Position numbers and translations under genes: made by a program
Shown here: one piece after another, positions 14,201 to 25,859 of the stretch
Numbering within the stretch: position 1 is the first letter of the stretch
Layout: the number at the start of each line of letters is the position of its first letter
The notes under the pieces: model-generated
The model's input: only the letters and a program-made list of their open reading frames with translations
What the model was told of the DNA's origin: nothing
The model's database searches: none
From: Tubiluchus corallicola
Lineage: Eukaryota > Animalia > Priapulida
Direction of reading: 5' to 3'
NCBI GenBank assembly: GCA_030141605.1
Contig: JAQGDQ010000025.1
Span: forward strand, 912,907 to 976,906
DNA: 64,000 bases

Positions 14201-17200
14201 TCTTAAAGCTGTTTCATTAAATATAGTATGGCATTTAAATAGCCGTAATTCCACTGTACGCGTGTTGGAATTTTACATATTAATTGATAAAAGATGTTGT
14301 CGTATCTATGGTTTTGTTGTGGAGATCGCTGGCGTCAAGCAGAATTGCATACAACACCGTAGAATGTTCCGCCGCCGATGACCGCGTTAGCGTCTGGATA
14401 GTTCTCGAACATTTCTTCGAGAAGTTTCTCCAGCGCGCTATATAGGCGAAGCAGGCTGCCGATCGCGGATCGCACAGCGCAAATCGCACACAGATCTAAC
14501 ATGGACTTATACTTACGCATGTATACATAAACGTTTTCCAGATTTTCTCGTTTATTGTACTCATTTCAAAAGGTCCTTCATCTTTGTGTTCTAGAGAATT
14601 GTCGTTCAATAAGGCAATAACAGTTAACGGCATGTTTTCTGGTTTGCTCTACGAGCCTTCCGAGAGAAACAAAACACAACAGTTTTCATGGTTAGAAGCC
14701 ATTTGCTTTGTCGATTTGTTAAATCTTGCATGCAAGGCTGTGAATTCTTCTTAAGGATTTATTTAACAGACGAATGTCATAATTTTTTATTTTACTGTAG
14801 GCCTTGAATTTTTGGAAGATTTTGGTAATGAACGATGAGCATACAGATCGCAAATATGTGATGTTTTTTCTGATTGGCTGGGGAGTGCCGGCTGTCATTG
14901 TGGGAGTATTTTATGCGATAACATTCAACCTGTACAGATACGTGTTCAATATGGACCCCAATTACATATATGGAGATGTGAGTGCCAGCGGAAGCATGTA
15001 AGCTTTTTAATATTTACATACAAAAATACAAAGTTTTTTAGTATTAAGTATTGAATTGTTCTCCATATGAAGAATTTATTGACTTTACTTAAGAGTATGA
15101 TTTGCTAAAGTTTAAAACAATCCATTTGGTTATGGAACGGAAGTTATTTTCCATGTTTTTTACGAATTTGCCGATTATATTTACTTCCAAATTATTTGAT
15201 AAAATGCGTTGTGTGATTTTTTTGTTGCTTCTCTTTTTGAACTGTACAATGCAGAAGTGTTTAGCTAGTAAGAAATAAATCGTGCTGTACATGTAACGAC
15301 TTTCAATAGTGTCTGAGATGACTAGAAAGTGTGAACTTTACAAGAAAAGGACATACTTAGTTTTTAAGAACATTAATGGTATACTTTTATCCAAACGTCA
15401 CAAATCTGAACTGTCACGTTATTTTTTTGATGACAAATCTTTGTTTGATATTTGAGTTATCAGCCTGCATTATAATTTGAAGATGACTTGCTACTTCGTA
15501 AAATTCTTGAACATATTTTTCTCTGTTTCAGTTGTTTCATTGTAAATGTTTTCGCTGCTCTAGCCAGTGTGGTGGCGCCAGTGTTGCTGCTGCTGGTGTT
15601 TGTCATGGCTGTGTTTACTCAAGCTTATCAAGTTCTGCCTCAGTGGCACAGCTATGATGACGTTTATAGAGGTCGATATAACTATCAAGGTATGTGAATT
15701 GATGGGATTGCCTAATTTTTTTATTGTAGCATTTGCTTGTTGTTGAATTTTGCCTGTGAATTGAAGTGCTGAAATTTCCCTTGCCTAAATTACCATTATA
15801 ATGATTTACAAATTAAAATTTGCAGTTTTGATTTCCGAATCAGTTAAATTAGTCGTTGAATTTAGAAATTAATTTTTCTTCCTAACCTGCAAGATGCAGT
15901 ATCTTAGAAACTAACGTGTCAGACTCATACTTCTGGCTAGCAATCACATTTATGAAAAAAGCAAATTTGCTTAATAACTGAAACTTCAATTTATATAAAA
16001 GTGAATATGTTTTTGACAACTATGTTACATATTTTTTTCATCAAGTTTATATTCGACATTTGTGTGATTAATTTGTTATGATCATATTAAGTTTGATCAA
16101 GTTTGCTTCCACATGTCTGAATTACTTTTTACTGTCGACTATACTGTGATGTTTACACTGCACTTAAGTTTAGTCATATTGAAAGCTATTAACTAAAGTA
16201 TTGAACAATTGTAATCGATCGTTGTTGTTCAATAACATACAGATCTTCCGATCTTTCAGCAAATAAGCATCTTAAAGTGATATATTTGTCACTGAGCTTT
16301 CAAGGTTAAGCTTGATTGAATTTACTTTTTTATGAAAGTTTAATGATTTTTTATGAAGTAGTTATGAAAATTAACTTAATTGTAGAGATTAGAGTGTTGC
16401 TCATATTCTGGTCTCTCATACTTGTCACGTGGATCTGGGGTGGATTACACATGGCTTACGGAACAGTTTGGCTGCTCATTTTCTTCTGCATCTTTAACTT
16501 TATACAGGTGAGTGTCTAAACAAACGGTAGATTCTTGTGTTTCAACAACTACGTTAATGTGAGACTGAGAGAATGTTGTTTTTTTCGGCATTTTTTGGTT
16601 TAATTGAGAACTCTATCGATTTTGTTAGGGTAGCCATTTCTGTAGTACTACCTATAAATTAAAAATAAGCAAGATGCAAAAAGTGTGTTTTTGTATATTT
16701 TTTAAATTAATTGTTAATTACTCAAATGCTGCTTATTAAATAATGGCTGTAAATGTTTCAGGGTCTTTATGCTGTGGTAGTCTATGCTGCATTACGGCAT
16801 CCTTGCCTGCCTTGTTTCCGGCCATTGAAAGGTGGTAGCTATGCTGTCAATCTGTCTCGTGCGCCTACTAGCCAACATGTTGCACCGAGCAGTGTAGATA
16901 GTGCTAAGACTCCTTTACATGATATTGTAAGTTTGCTATATTATATGTTTACACGTGTATCTTAAGGTCACACTTAGGTAATCGGATGTGTTGTTAGGAT
17001 ACACCAAAGTTTACAGGTATGCAGAGTATTCATATATATGTATTTTTGGATAGAGATTTAAGATTTTTTTGAATAACGGTACAAATGTTAAATCAAAAAC
17101 CACTGTTTGAATGATAAGCTTGTGTTGAAATTGCATGTTTTTTTCAAATCTTGGTCATTGTTTGGCTTCTTTTTTTTCAAAATTTTTCATTCCAAACTGG

Positions 17201-18956
17201 GCGATTTGAGACATCATTAAAATGTCTTTTGGTTTTAGCCCCATAGCCTTAATTATTGAATATTTTCTTAATTATTGACATGTGTGCTCGCATAGCAGAA
17301 TCGTGTCCATAAGTCGGCAATTAAGCTTTTCTAGTTATTCACATATCCTGAATCTCCATTTCATGAGGACCATTTTTATACCAAGCTCATTGCTCTATGT
17401 TATTTCTAAGCTGAAATAATCCATGTTGATGTTGAGATGCAGGCTGCACACTGAAAAACACAATCTTGAGAAAATCACTGTTAAAGTAGCCATTGTTTTT
17501 TGTCGCGTTTCCACAAAACACTTAGCAACAGCACAAATGTTGGTTGCTATGGACTTTGCAAGAGCACGTTGAAGTTAAGTTTAAATACAGCAGTTGGCTG
17601 TTCCTGACAAAGATCTGGGCTTGTCAACAGAAAAACCCGAAGCAAATGACGGCTTCCAGGAGCTGCTACCGGAGTTTGAAAATACAAGTTTTTCACAATA
17701 GTAGTACTAGTTTCTAGCCTGAAAAGTGAGTACGAGGTCGTAAAATTAGTATTTTTAGTATCTCTTAAACATTTTCTTCACAATTTGATGCTAGAATATA
17801 AAAGTCCAATATATTTAGCATTTGTTTTTATAAAAAAACAAAAAATTTTCAATGCATTCTTCTTTGAAGCATCATAACATAGTTTTAACTATGCCGACTT
17901 ATTGACGGTTTTGGTTTGCAAGCACACATATATTGAGTTTTTTTACTCTTATTAGCAATATAGTGGTTTTGCAAAATTAATAATGAGCCATTTGTTGCTT
18001 TCGTTTCGTTAAATTTTCCCCTTATTTTTCATTGGCTATACACTCTAAATTAACATTTATATGCTTAACATTAGGTGTTGTGTTAAAGGTCCACTGACAC
18101 CCTAGTAGACACTTGCTGTCAAAATTCACTTATACAAAAAAGCAGCTTTATTTTTTTTAAACTTGCGCATTTCGGTTTGGTTAGCACTGAAACACTTCAA
18201 ATTTAGCGCCGCACAGACATCTTGCGAAAAATGAAAAATCCGGGAAGAAAGCGGAAGTGATATCACATTAGGAACGACACTGCGCACGTGTGACTCTCAC
18301 CGTTTTTACATGTGGGCAGAATCAAGCGATACAACAGTATTTAAGGGTACTAACATTTTGGTATTTTAGTGTTAAGCTCATATCATAGGTTTGTCCACAC
18401 TTACTTGAATGTACTATATTTTATAGATGAAAAAACATTAATAACGGAGTACAACATGTAAAAGTTTTAGCATGACATCACTGTTATTTCGCGCTGCTCT
18501 GCTTTCTTGTTCATTTTTTGATCACTTCTGTTTTTTATATGTCTCACTGCCAAGGTATCTTTTGCCTGACATCCCATTCAGACAATGCTTCTGACAAACA
18601 CTACTACTAATACCCGAACAGTGTTGATTACATTACAATCATTTTGATTGGATAACTCTTTTATGTGTGTACAGGATATAGTAGAAAAAATGGCTTCGCA
18701 TACACCGAAGGGCACAATGCGTGTGAAACGTACACCGGCGACTCCAAACAACGTGTTCATTCTTCCACCGAATATTCATCCAGAGGACAATGAAACGTCC
18801 GACTTTGATGATTTGATATTTGCATTGAAAACCGGTGGCCAGTTTCTTCCACAAGATATCACCCCCGACAAAAACAAAAACAGAGAGGGTAGCTATAAAT
18901 CTGATGGTCTACGAGGTAGTGCTCAGCGGATTCCGATAGCCGATACACATCTCTAG
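11..18956 (+). CDS. ADGRV1: Adhesion GPCR V1 (GPR98/VLGR1) orthologue, 3' portion (24 exons, ~1190 aa; 5' part lies upstream of the window)
   Basis: Phase-consistent exons 11-263, 1464-1625, 2540-2709, 3118-3258, 3649-3801, 4304-4450, 4633-4778, 5653-5854, 6329-6432, 7681-7797, 7937-8044, 8583-8744, 9706-9792, 10089-10146, 10451-10534, 10927-11018, 11370-11598, 12326-12430, 13782-13910, 14801-14997, 15532-15689, 16386-16507, 16762-16926, 18675-18956 (3573 nt, one open frame). Calx-beta repeats (ILTDVVPETDEVFYVNIT, VLDDPYAEPEEVFFLYL), NPNRADTRG, GPS (VECACRHFSSYA), 7TM (NFWKILVMNDEHTDRKY, TWIWGGLHMAY), FDDLIFALKTG and terminal IPIADTHL all match human ADGRV1 as recalled. Confidence 0.96.
585..1136. 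mobile_element. Non-autonomous DNA transposon (Kolobok-like MITE), copy 1
   Basis: TTAA on both sides (581-584, 1137-1140); imperfect TIR AGCAAAACTGGA / TCCTGTCTTCCT; internal sequence clearly homologous to 48185-48945 and, inverted, to 49535-49708. Confidence 0.6.
1706..1845. repeat. Dispersed repeat: degenerate CCCTAA hexamers followed by a hairpin (Helitron/HINE-like remnant)
   Basis: accctatccctaaccctaacttcaatcccaaacc...ccccttcacgaaccaatttcttttgtgggggggg; related copy at 49195-49340. Confidence 0.45.
5163..5490 (-). mobile_element. 5'-truncated LINE 3' end (CCHC zinc knuckle, AATAAA, (TAC)n tail)
   Basis: Minus strand reads GRDNRVCMCDNVSVQDESHVIVHCKLSEL, then a short UTR, AATAAA and a TACTAC tail. 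Confidence 0.55.
7137..7584. repeat. Intronic minisatellite, ~7 x 64 bp
   Basis: Unit gttgttaaagctcgtgtttttcatccgtgtaacggtaagagttgcaattgtaagcgcattcatc, head to tail, no spacers. Confidence 0.92.
8988..9319. mobile_element. hAT-like MITE with TTCGAA-rich subterminal repeats
   Basis: Ends caggggtgagcat / atgctctatccta; 8-bp TSD ataagtgg (8980-8987) / ataagtag (9320-9327), one mismatch; many ttcgaa/ttcgat motifs. Confidence 0.6.
11126..11290. repeat. (AG)n / purine microsatellite
   Basis: Direct reading; source of the spurious ER/SL ORFs. Confidence 0.95.
11370..11598 (+). other. ADGRV1: ADGRV1 GPS/Stachel exon
   Basis: CVYF..GSW..C..VECACRHF|SSYALQ motif followed by the start of TM1. Confidence 0.85.
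12632..12950. repeat. Degenerate ~15-16 bp minisatellite (GGTACAGGNAAAATTT-like)
   Basis: Recurrent ggtac/ggcac/agtac plus aaaa/ttt motif about every 15 bp. Confidence 0.6.
14300..14680 (-). mobile_element. Degenerate LINE apurinic-endonuclease-like fragment
   Basis: CpG-rich island in an AT-rich intron; minus frame ENLENVYVYM..LCAICAV..LEKLLEEMFENYPDANAVIGGG resembles the APE segment preceding the GDFN motif. Confidence 0.33.
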
Positions 18957-21900
18957 CTTGAATTATGCTATTTGTACTATTTATTTAAAATTGTTAGAAC
19001 TGTGATAGTATGTAGTTATGTTACCTTTTGTTTTTTAAAGTGCTTTGCTCAAAGTGAAGAGATGAACCATTATTCAAATTATCCGTCCATCATAATGACT
19101 CATAATTGCCTTATAAGCATTTTCTCTGACTTATTAAACAAAAATTAAGCAGAAATATATATATATATATCAGATAGTGCTTACACGATTTATCAACTGC
19201 AAAATGTTACTTTTTGGAGGCCTTTCAGTTAGAAAAATCAGGATAATTTTCTCAAATTTCAGTGTTTCTGGGATGAAATATGTGAATATGCAGCTTTGTG
19301 ATTATAAATGTTGTTGCAGCTGTGTTCTTGAGTTGCTTTTGCATGCAAATAACTGTAAGTAAACATTTTACATGTTTGTGGGTTACTAGTATTGTTTTTC
19401 TGTATAATAGTCTTTTCCTTGCAGCATAATAATAGGAATTATAGTAGCTATTGTAATAAGTACCTACATAAAATAGCTGCACTAATAATTAACTTGCATT
19501 CAGTGTTTATTGTTCTTACTGTTTATGTTTACTTTTTAAATTTTTATATGTTTACCGTGTGTCTAACTGTTATCCTATCATGAACTGATGAAATTCTCTA
19601 TGAAGTGTAAAAGTGCCAGTATAATATCCGTCCTGTTTATTATAAGAGAGCTCACAGTTATCATTTTATTAGGGATTGCTAGTCAAAAAAAATTCTTTTA
19701 TATAATTTATTTTTACATTTTTATGTAAAAGAGCACTTATAAGTCATGTTTTTGACACTTGTGTTACCATATATTGTACATTGTAGTCATTTATACAATC
19801 ATTATTAGAGATTTTTCTTGTCAATCACAGTAGTCAGTGCCATATTGTAGGTATAATTGCTGTTGTATGCTGAGTGATTTTAATATAGTAACTATATATG
19901 TGAGTAAAATGACATACATATTTCTTTTTTAAATGTAGTAGTTTACATCACGATCAGGAACTATTGAAATTCTGTCCACACCACTGTATTTCATTCCTCA
20001 TTTTACAAGCATTTTTGAAGGCTCTTGATTGTTTTGATGTCATTAGTTTGCATTACAGTGACAGTTTACTGGTGTGATGGAACAGTCTATACACACTTAG
20101 TAATTATTGCAATGTTCTTCGTTACATAGCTAGCATATATATATATAAAGATTGTGAAAATTATTTTTTCACAATTTATTATGCTACTATATACCGTTAA
20201 AAGGTGTTTTCAACATTTGCAAATAAGTACTTAATATGGAAGCATAATCTTGTGTTGTAATGATTCATGTACATTTACTTTGACAATAAAGTAAGGTACA
20301 GTGCACTAGACTTGTTGGTATAGTCAAATGGGGGCAAAATTGAGAGAAATCATCTGTTTATAGCTGCAATAGAATGAAAGTGTAAGGTATTATAAAAAAA
20401 GGTTTGAAAACTTTTCTTCGAATTAACACTACAGACGTGGTTAAAATTCAAAGTGTATGCGGAGTGGTCAAAGTACCAAAGTAAAGTAGTGTTGGTAATG
20501 ATCACCAGATGGGTGGTCACCTAAAAACTTGACACTTTCTTCTTGGAGGCTGTACATCTGAACGTGCTTTTCATGATTTCCTTTTTAGTCTATTTTTTAA
20601 TTTATGTAAATCTTTATATCATCTTTCTTTAAGTTTTTTGCTAAGTTTCATCTACCTCGCATCGGTTTCTTTCTAATTCATGCCAATTTGATTAATTTTA
20701 GACTGCGTGTGTGTTTGTTTTAATTTTTGTTTTTAATTTGTTTAATTTTGGTGGCTGGACCTCCTTTTGAGGGACAGCCATGCCTTTTATGACGCTTAAT
20801 TCAAGAACTATTACATTCTGCTTATTTTATTACCATTTTTTGTAAATTGTTCATTACTCAAGAAAATAAATAATAAAGAAATATTAAATAAACTGTTTAA
20901 ATCAGACAGTTTAGCGGAAGAGGAATTGTTTTGACAAGTTCACTTTTTAAGTTTTCCTACTTGCGAATCCGGTGTCTATTTTACAAATACTTTTCATATT
21001 TTTCCCTACTTCGCTCCTCCCGAAATATTTCAGCAATGTAAACTCTACTTGTACCCGAGTCAAAAACTTGGCCAATAAACCATCTTCACGTCTAGCGAAA
21101 CTAGGTCCTAACTTCTTAACAGCCTCATTGCCCGATGGAGTTAACTCGTTAAATAGCCGTTTTGCGGCCCAGAAGCAGGTGCGCTTTGAATCCGGCTCTT
21201 AAAAACTGCAAAAATCTGGCTCTAGAAAACCTTAAAAGGCTTTCAATCCCGCAGAATGAGGGACAACCAGCTTTTTAAATATGATAAGCGCCAGCATAAG
21301 TAATACTTTGAAACCATAAATAAGTTAGTGCCAATATGGAATTTCCAACCATTGCATATAAATAGATATCTTTTAATTGGTCACTGCTATGAATACCAAA
21401 TTATTCCTGAAACTTTTAAAAATACTTTTGGATTTAAATCAGTATTTGTATTATGATAATTATATTCATGTAAACAAACTGCATTGTTTGATAGAACTTT
21501 ATTTGGAATATTCTGTAATGTGTAGCACTAAAAGGCGCATTTAAACAGTACAAGTCTGTGCGTCTCTTCCGCACATGACTGTTTTTAGTGATTGACAATA
21601 ATTTAGTTTTTTTGTTTAGTGTATTGTTTTATGGATGTCAAATAAACTAAACTAAACTAAACTAAGTATGCGTTATTGGTTTGTAAAATCAAACTTCGTG
21701 TTTTATTTCTTGTGTGCAGCTAGAGAGCAATTTTTACACAAATTTGTAACACAGCGAAACTAACGCCACGCATATCTCCCTGCGATTACAAAGGATCGAA
21801 GCTTTTGCAAGCTCATTGAATAATATGATGTTACCAATTGTTGTGGTATTAAAGCATTATGATTATACAGATTGAATATCGCATTTTGCTTTAACATTTT

Positions 21901-22454
21901 ACGATAGTTTTTAGAATTAATTGATACGCAGATGTTACTATTAATTTTCAGTCTTTTCCACCTAGTTTAAATTTGAAGATCGGTATCTTGCGTTCTGAAC
22001 AGTTTTGAATCAAGTCTTATTTTCCCAAGAGCTGGTATCCGATCTGTCGAAAATTTTAATGCGTTTCTCGTCGGTTATAAACGCGATATCCGACACGGAA
22101 CACTTGTTGACTAATGTGGGAATAAAAATTGTTTAGCAAAATAATATTGTTGCAAATTCTTTCGTGGTATATACAGCAAGCAGCTCTAAGCCTTTCTTTT
22201 AACTAGGGGAATAAGAATGCGCTGCTTTCACACGTAATCTGGTTTGTAAAATAATATTCACTGGTAACAGGCGGTCCTAAGCTAAACAACACAAGCCTAT
22301 TCACGCGTATAATTAGCAAGACATGCCCCTAAAATTATTGAAGAAGTGTGCCATTAATCATGCTCGTAGTCTTTTGTGGGTTTCAGGTCTGTAATTTAAA
22401 CTAGGAAAAAGTTTCATAATCTGAATTATCCATTCAGACTACAATTGAAAACCA

Positions 22455-23297
22455 TAAAATATGCAAGCAACATGAATTAAAGTGCGTAAACAACATGAAT
22501 TAAAATGTGCAAACAACATGAATTAAAATGTGCAAACAACGTGAATTAAAATGTTCAAACAACATGAATTAAAATATGCAAGCAACATGAATTAAAGTGC
22601 GTAAACAACATGAATTAAAGTACGTAAACAACATGAATTAAAATGTGCAAACAACATGAATTATAATGTTCAAACAACATGAATTATAATGTTCAAACAA
22701 CATGAATTAAAATGTGCAAGCAACATGAATTAAAATGTGCAAACAACATGAATTAAAATGTGCAAACAACATGAATTAAAATGTGCAAACAACATGAACT
22801 AAAATGTGCGAACAACATGAATTAAAATGTGCAAACAACATAAATTAAAATGTTCAAACAACATGAATTAAAATGTGCAAATAACATGAATTTGTTAGCG
22901 GAAATCTTAACATTTAATAATTAAAATGTTCAAACAACATGAATTAAAATATGCAAGCAACATGAATTAAAGTGCGTAAACAACATGAATTAAAGTACGT
23001 AAACAACATGAATTAAAATGTGCAAACAACATGAATTATAATGTTCAAACAACATGAATTATAATGTTCAAACAACATGAATTAAAATGTGCAAGCAACA
23101 TGAATTAAAATGTGCAAACAACATGAATTAAAATGTGCAAACAACATGAATTAAAATGTGCAAACAACATGAACTAAAATGTGCGAACAACATGAATTAA
23201 AATGTGCAAACAACATAAATTAAAATGTTCAAACAACATGAATTAAAATGTGCAAATAACATGAATTTGTTAGCGGAAATCTTAACATTTAATAATT
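22455..23297. repeat. 23-bp minisatellite with a 375-bp higher-order duplication
   Basis: Unit aaacaacatgaattaaaatgtgc; block ~22545-22920, including the non-repeat tail tttgttagcggaaatcttaacatttaataa, recurs 375 bp later. Confidence 0.92.
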
Positions 23298-23665
23298 ATT
23301 TGCATCGTATTTACTGCGGAAATGCTATATAAATTGATATAGTTATGTGACGCATTAAAAAGATAAAGTTACAGCTGCCTCAATTAGACATCTTGAACTT
23401 TCAAGAAATGTATGCATCTTTATTTTAATGTTAACACATTGGAACTTTTTTCCGCGTTTGTTTTTTTGTTACATTTGAAGTTGCTGACTCTAAAAAAACT
23501 TCGTTGGTCGAGATGTTTAACGTTAATTTTTCGGCGAATATTTTAATGTTAATTTCTTTGCAAATATTAAACAATAGTTAGCAGAGGTCTGGCATTAATT
23601 TATTGGTGGAGATGCAAACGTTAATAGCATTATAATGCTGCGCATTAAACGTTCAGACATGCTGG

Positions 23666-24022
23666 CAGGCTTGATGAAATTATGGAGGCACCTCAGATGG
23701 AACCACCCTCAAAGAATCGCCCTTTATCTCAAATAAAAGGCCTCAAACAATCGCCCTTTATCTCAAATTAACGGCTCGAACAAGGGCCCTGTATCTCAAA
23801 TAAGGGACCACGAACTTAACATTTTGAAATTAGGCTTTCATGCTTCAGGGCCTGCTTTTTTAAATTTGGAATTTCATTATACGTTAAGTAAATTGTCCAA
23901 CAATGTAAAATGTTATACTCACAATTAAAAAAAATTATATTTGAAAACGGTTTAGCCGGGCCCACAAGCTTGAGGATTCCTAGGCTGCAGCCTATACTAG
24001 CTTATACGATAATCTGACCCTT
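23666..24022. mobile_element. hAT-like MITE
   Basis: Perfect 8-bp TSD CATGCTGG at 23658-23665 and 24023-24030; degenerate cagg.../...ctgaccct ends; internal short repeats (gccctttatctcaaat x3). Confidence 0.6.
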
Positions 24023-25859
24023 CATGCTGGTAATCAAGTGCCCTTTCGCTCTTTCTGCACACAGACTAAGTCTTTCAAAATCTATAGTGCAAGGACAGCG
24101 ATGAGACATTCTGTACATTATGCACTTATACTGTCACTGTGCGAAATGCTTGCTTTTGAGTGATGTTTGTTATTAATAGCTGTTCTAATTTTGGTGGTAT
24201 GGGGTTAAAAAGCTTACATACAAAGACTGAAACAGACAGAACAAAGACCATTACAGATTCTTCAGTACTAGCACGATTCTCAAAGAATCGCCATGCAGTG
24301 GCTAACTTGTGCTACGTGTACTATTAACAATAACTGCAAGGCTTGTATAACGCAGCAATGTAACTGAAAAGAATAACCTGTTACCCCATGTTTATGTCGC
24401 CTGTTGGCAAACAGACCTACAAAGCTGAAAATCTCCCCTCTTCTTTATTGTATTTATACATGTAATTGCTCGCAGGGAGGCCATGCCCACCATATTGTGA
24501 AAGCGCCTTGAATTGTTTTCTTTTGCTCATCTGTAAATATTGTAAGGCACAGTTTGTTATGGCAAGTAGGTCTCTCTCCGTAGGTTAGTTGAACAATACC
24601 TTGTAGCTCTGCAACCCTTAAACGGTAAGAATTTAACTTCATGAATCTAAAAGTACGATAAACTTTGAAAGTCAACTCGTGTTAATGTGCATTGCAATTG
24701 AAGCAATTGGTCTTGGTTGCATAAACCGAGCTTGAATCGTTTATCATTGTCATTTCCGAAGCACATGAAACTATTACGTCATAGCCGTTCTGCCAAAAGC
24801 AACGTTTAACATAATTATTATCCACGGGCCAAGTAAACCTATCTCTACCACATTTTAGTCATATTCGCAGAAGATCGCGTTATAACGTTCGAAGTAGGTT
24901 ACTACTGTACACTGGCAACAGCATTATAACTGTTATTATTAACTCACATAGACTTGTCAAATCTTGCTTTATTGTGAAATGGAACGAATTATTACATAAT
25001 TAGCCTCTAAAATTTATTTAGCTTTTAATTTACTAACCTTGAATATATATTTACTTTTGTAATTTTTATTTCATTGTATTTTATTTCATTTTATTAGTAT
25101 TAGTATTTGTATTTGTATTTTATATGGTCTTAGTTACCGAAATAAAAATTTGAATTGAATTGAATTGAACAAACCCTCGGTACTTCTGTGTTTATTTCAT
25201 ACGAAGAAATGATACTGCAGCTGAATAAGATGACGCTATTGCTATACTATATATTGCTAATAATAAGTTATACACGAAGTACTAAAGCATAATAATAATA
25301 ATAGTAATAATTTAATTATATTCAGTATTTTTCACCATATAATTTACAACACGTTTTTAATAATAAGAATAATATTCACATTTACATGAGACGTTTCGAT
25401 AAGCAAACTCTGTTATGACGTTTAGCAATACAGGTCAATTTTAGCTGGTACATATATTCAGCGTTTGTATTGACAAGGCAGAACATTTTCAAATTAAGTG
25501 AATGTAGAGGCCACAAAAATCGAAACTCTGTTTAGTCACTATCAACATCTTCGTCACATTTATAATCAATTAATTTTAATCGGTCTCGTAGCAATAATTT
25601 ACAAAAACACAGAGAAGATAATGAAAACACTTTGCGCTTTTTCGAGATTCTTAGCCGTGATCACTAAGCTCTTATTTACTGCATTTCATTTACTTGACAG
25701 AAGCCGAATTTGAGAAACTGTAGTTTGAAGCAATTAGTTTTAATTCTCCAAATTTTTGGACATTATTTCAAGTATTGCTGACTCAAGAAACAAAGAATAC
25801 GAATTTCAACACTGTAAGGATTTTGTAAGTTCTATGACCACACTTTCTGGAATATTTCA

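Noticed and set aside
17591-17725. Possible alternative terminal or poison exon of ADGRV1 (QLAVPDKD...SFSQ*)
   Set aside because: Weak acceptor, no recognisable homology, and it sits in sequence that looks repeat-derived.
20520-20890. Additional LINE-like 3' tails (also ~21440-21665, ~24850-25170, ~43040-43500)
   Set aside because: Only AATAAA plus a simple-repeat tail and traces of peptide; too degraded to call without a repeat library.
20950-21202. Open frames of ~76-83 codons on both strands
   Set aside because: No recognisable domain or splice context; probably decayed repeat sequence.
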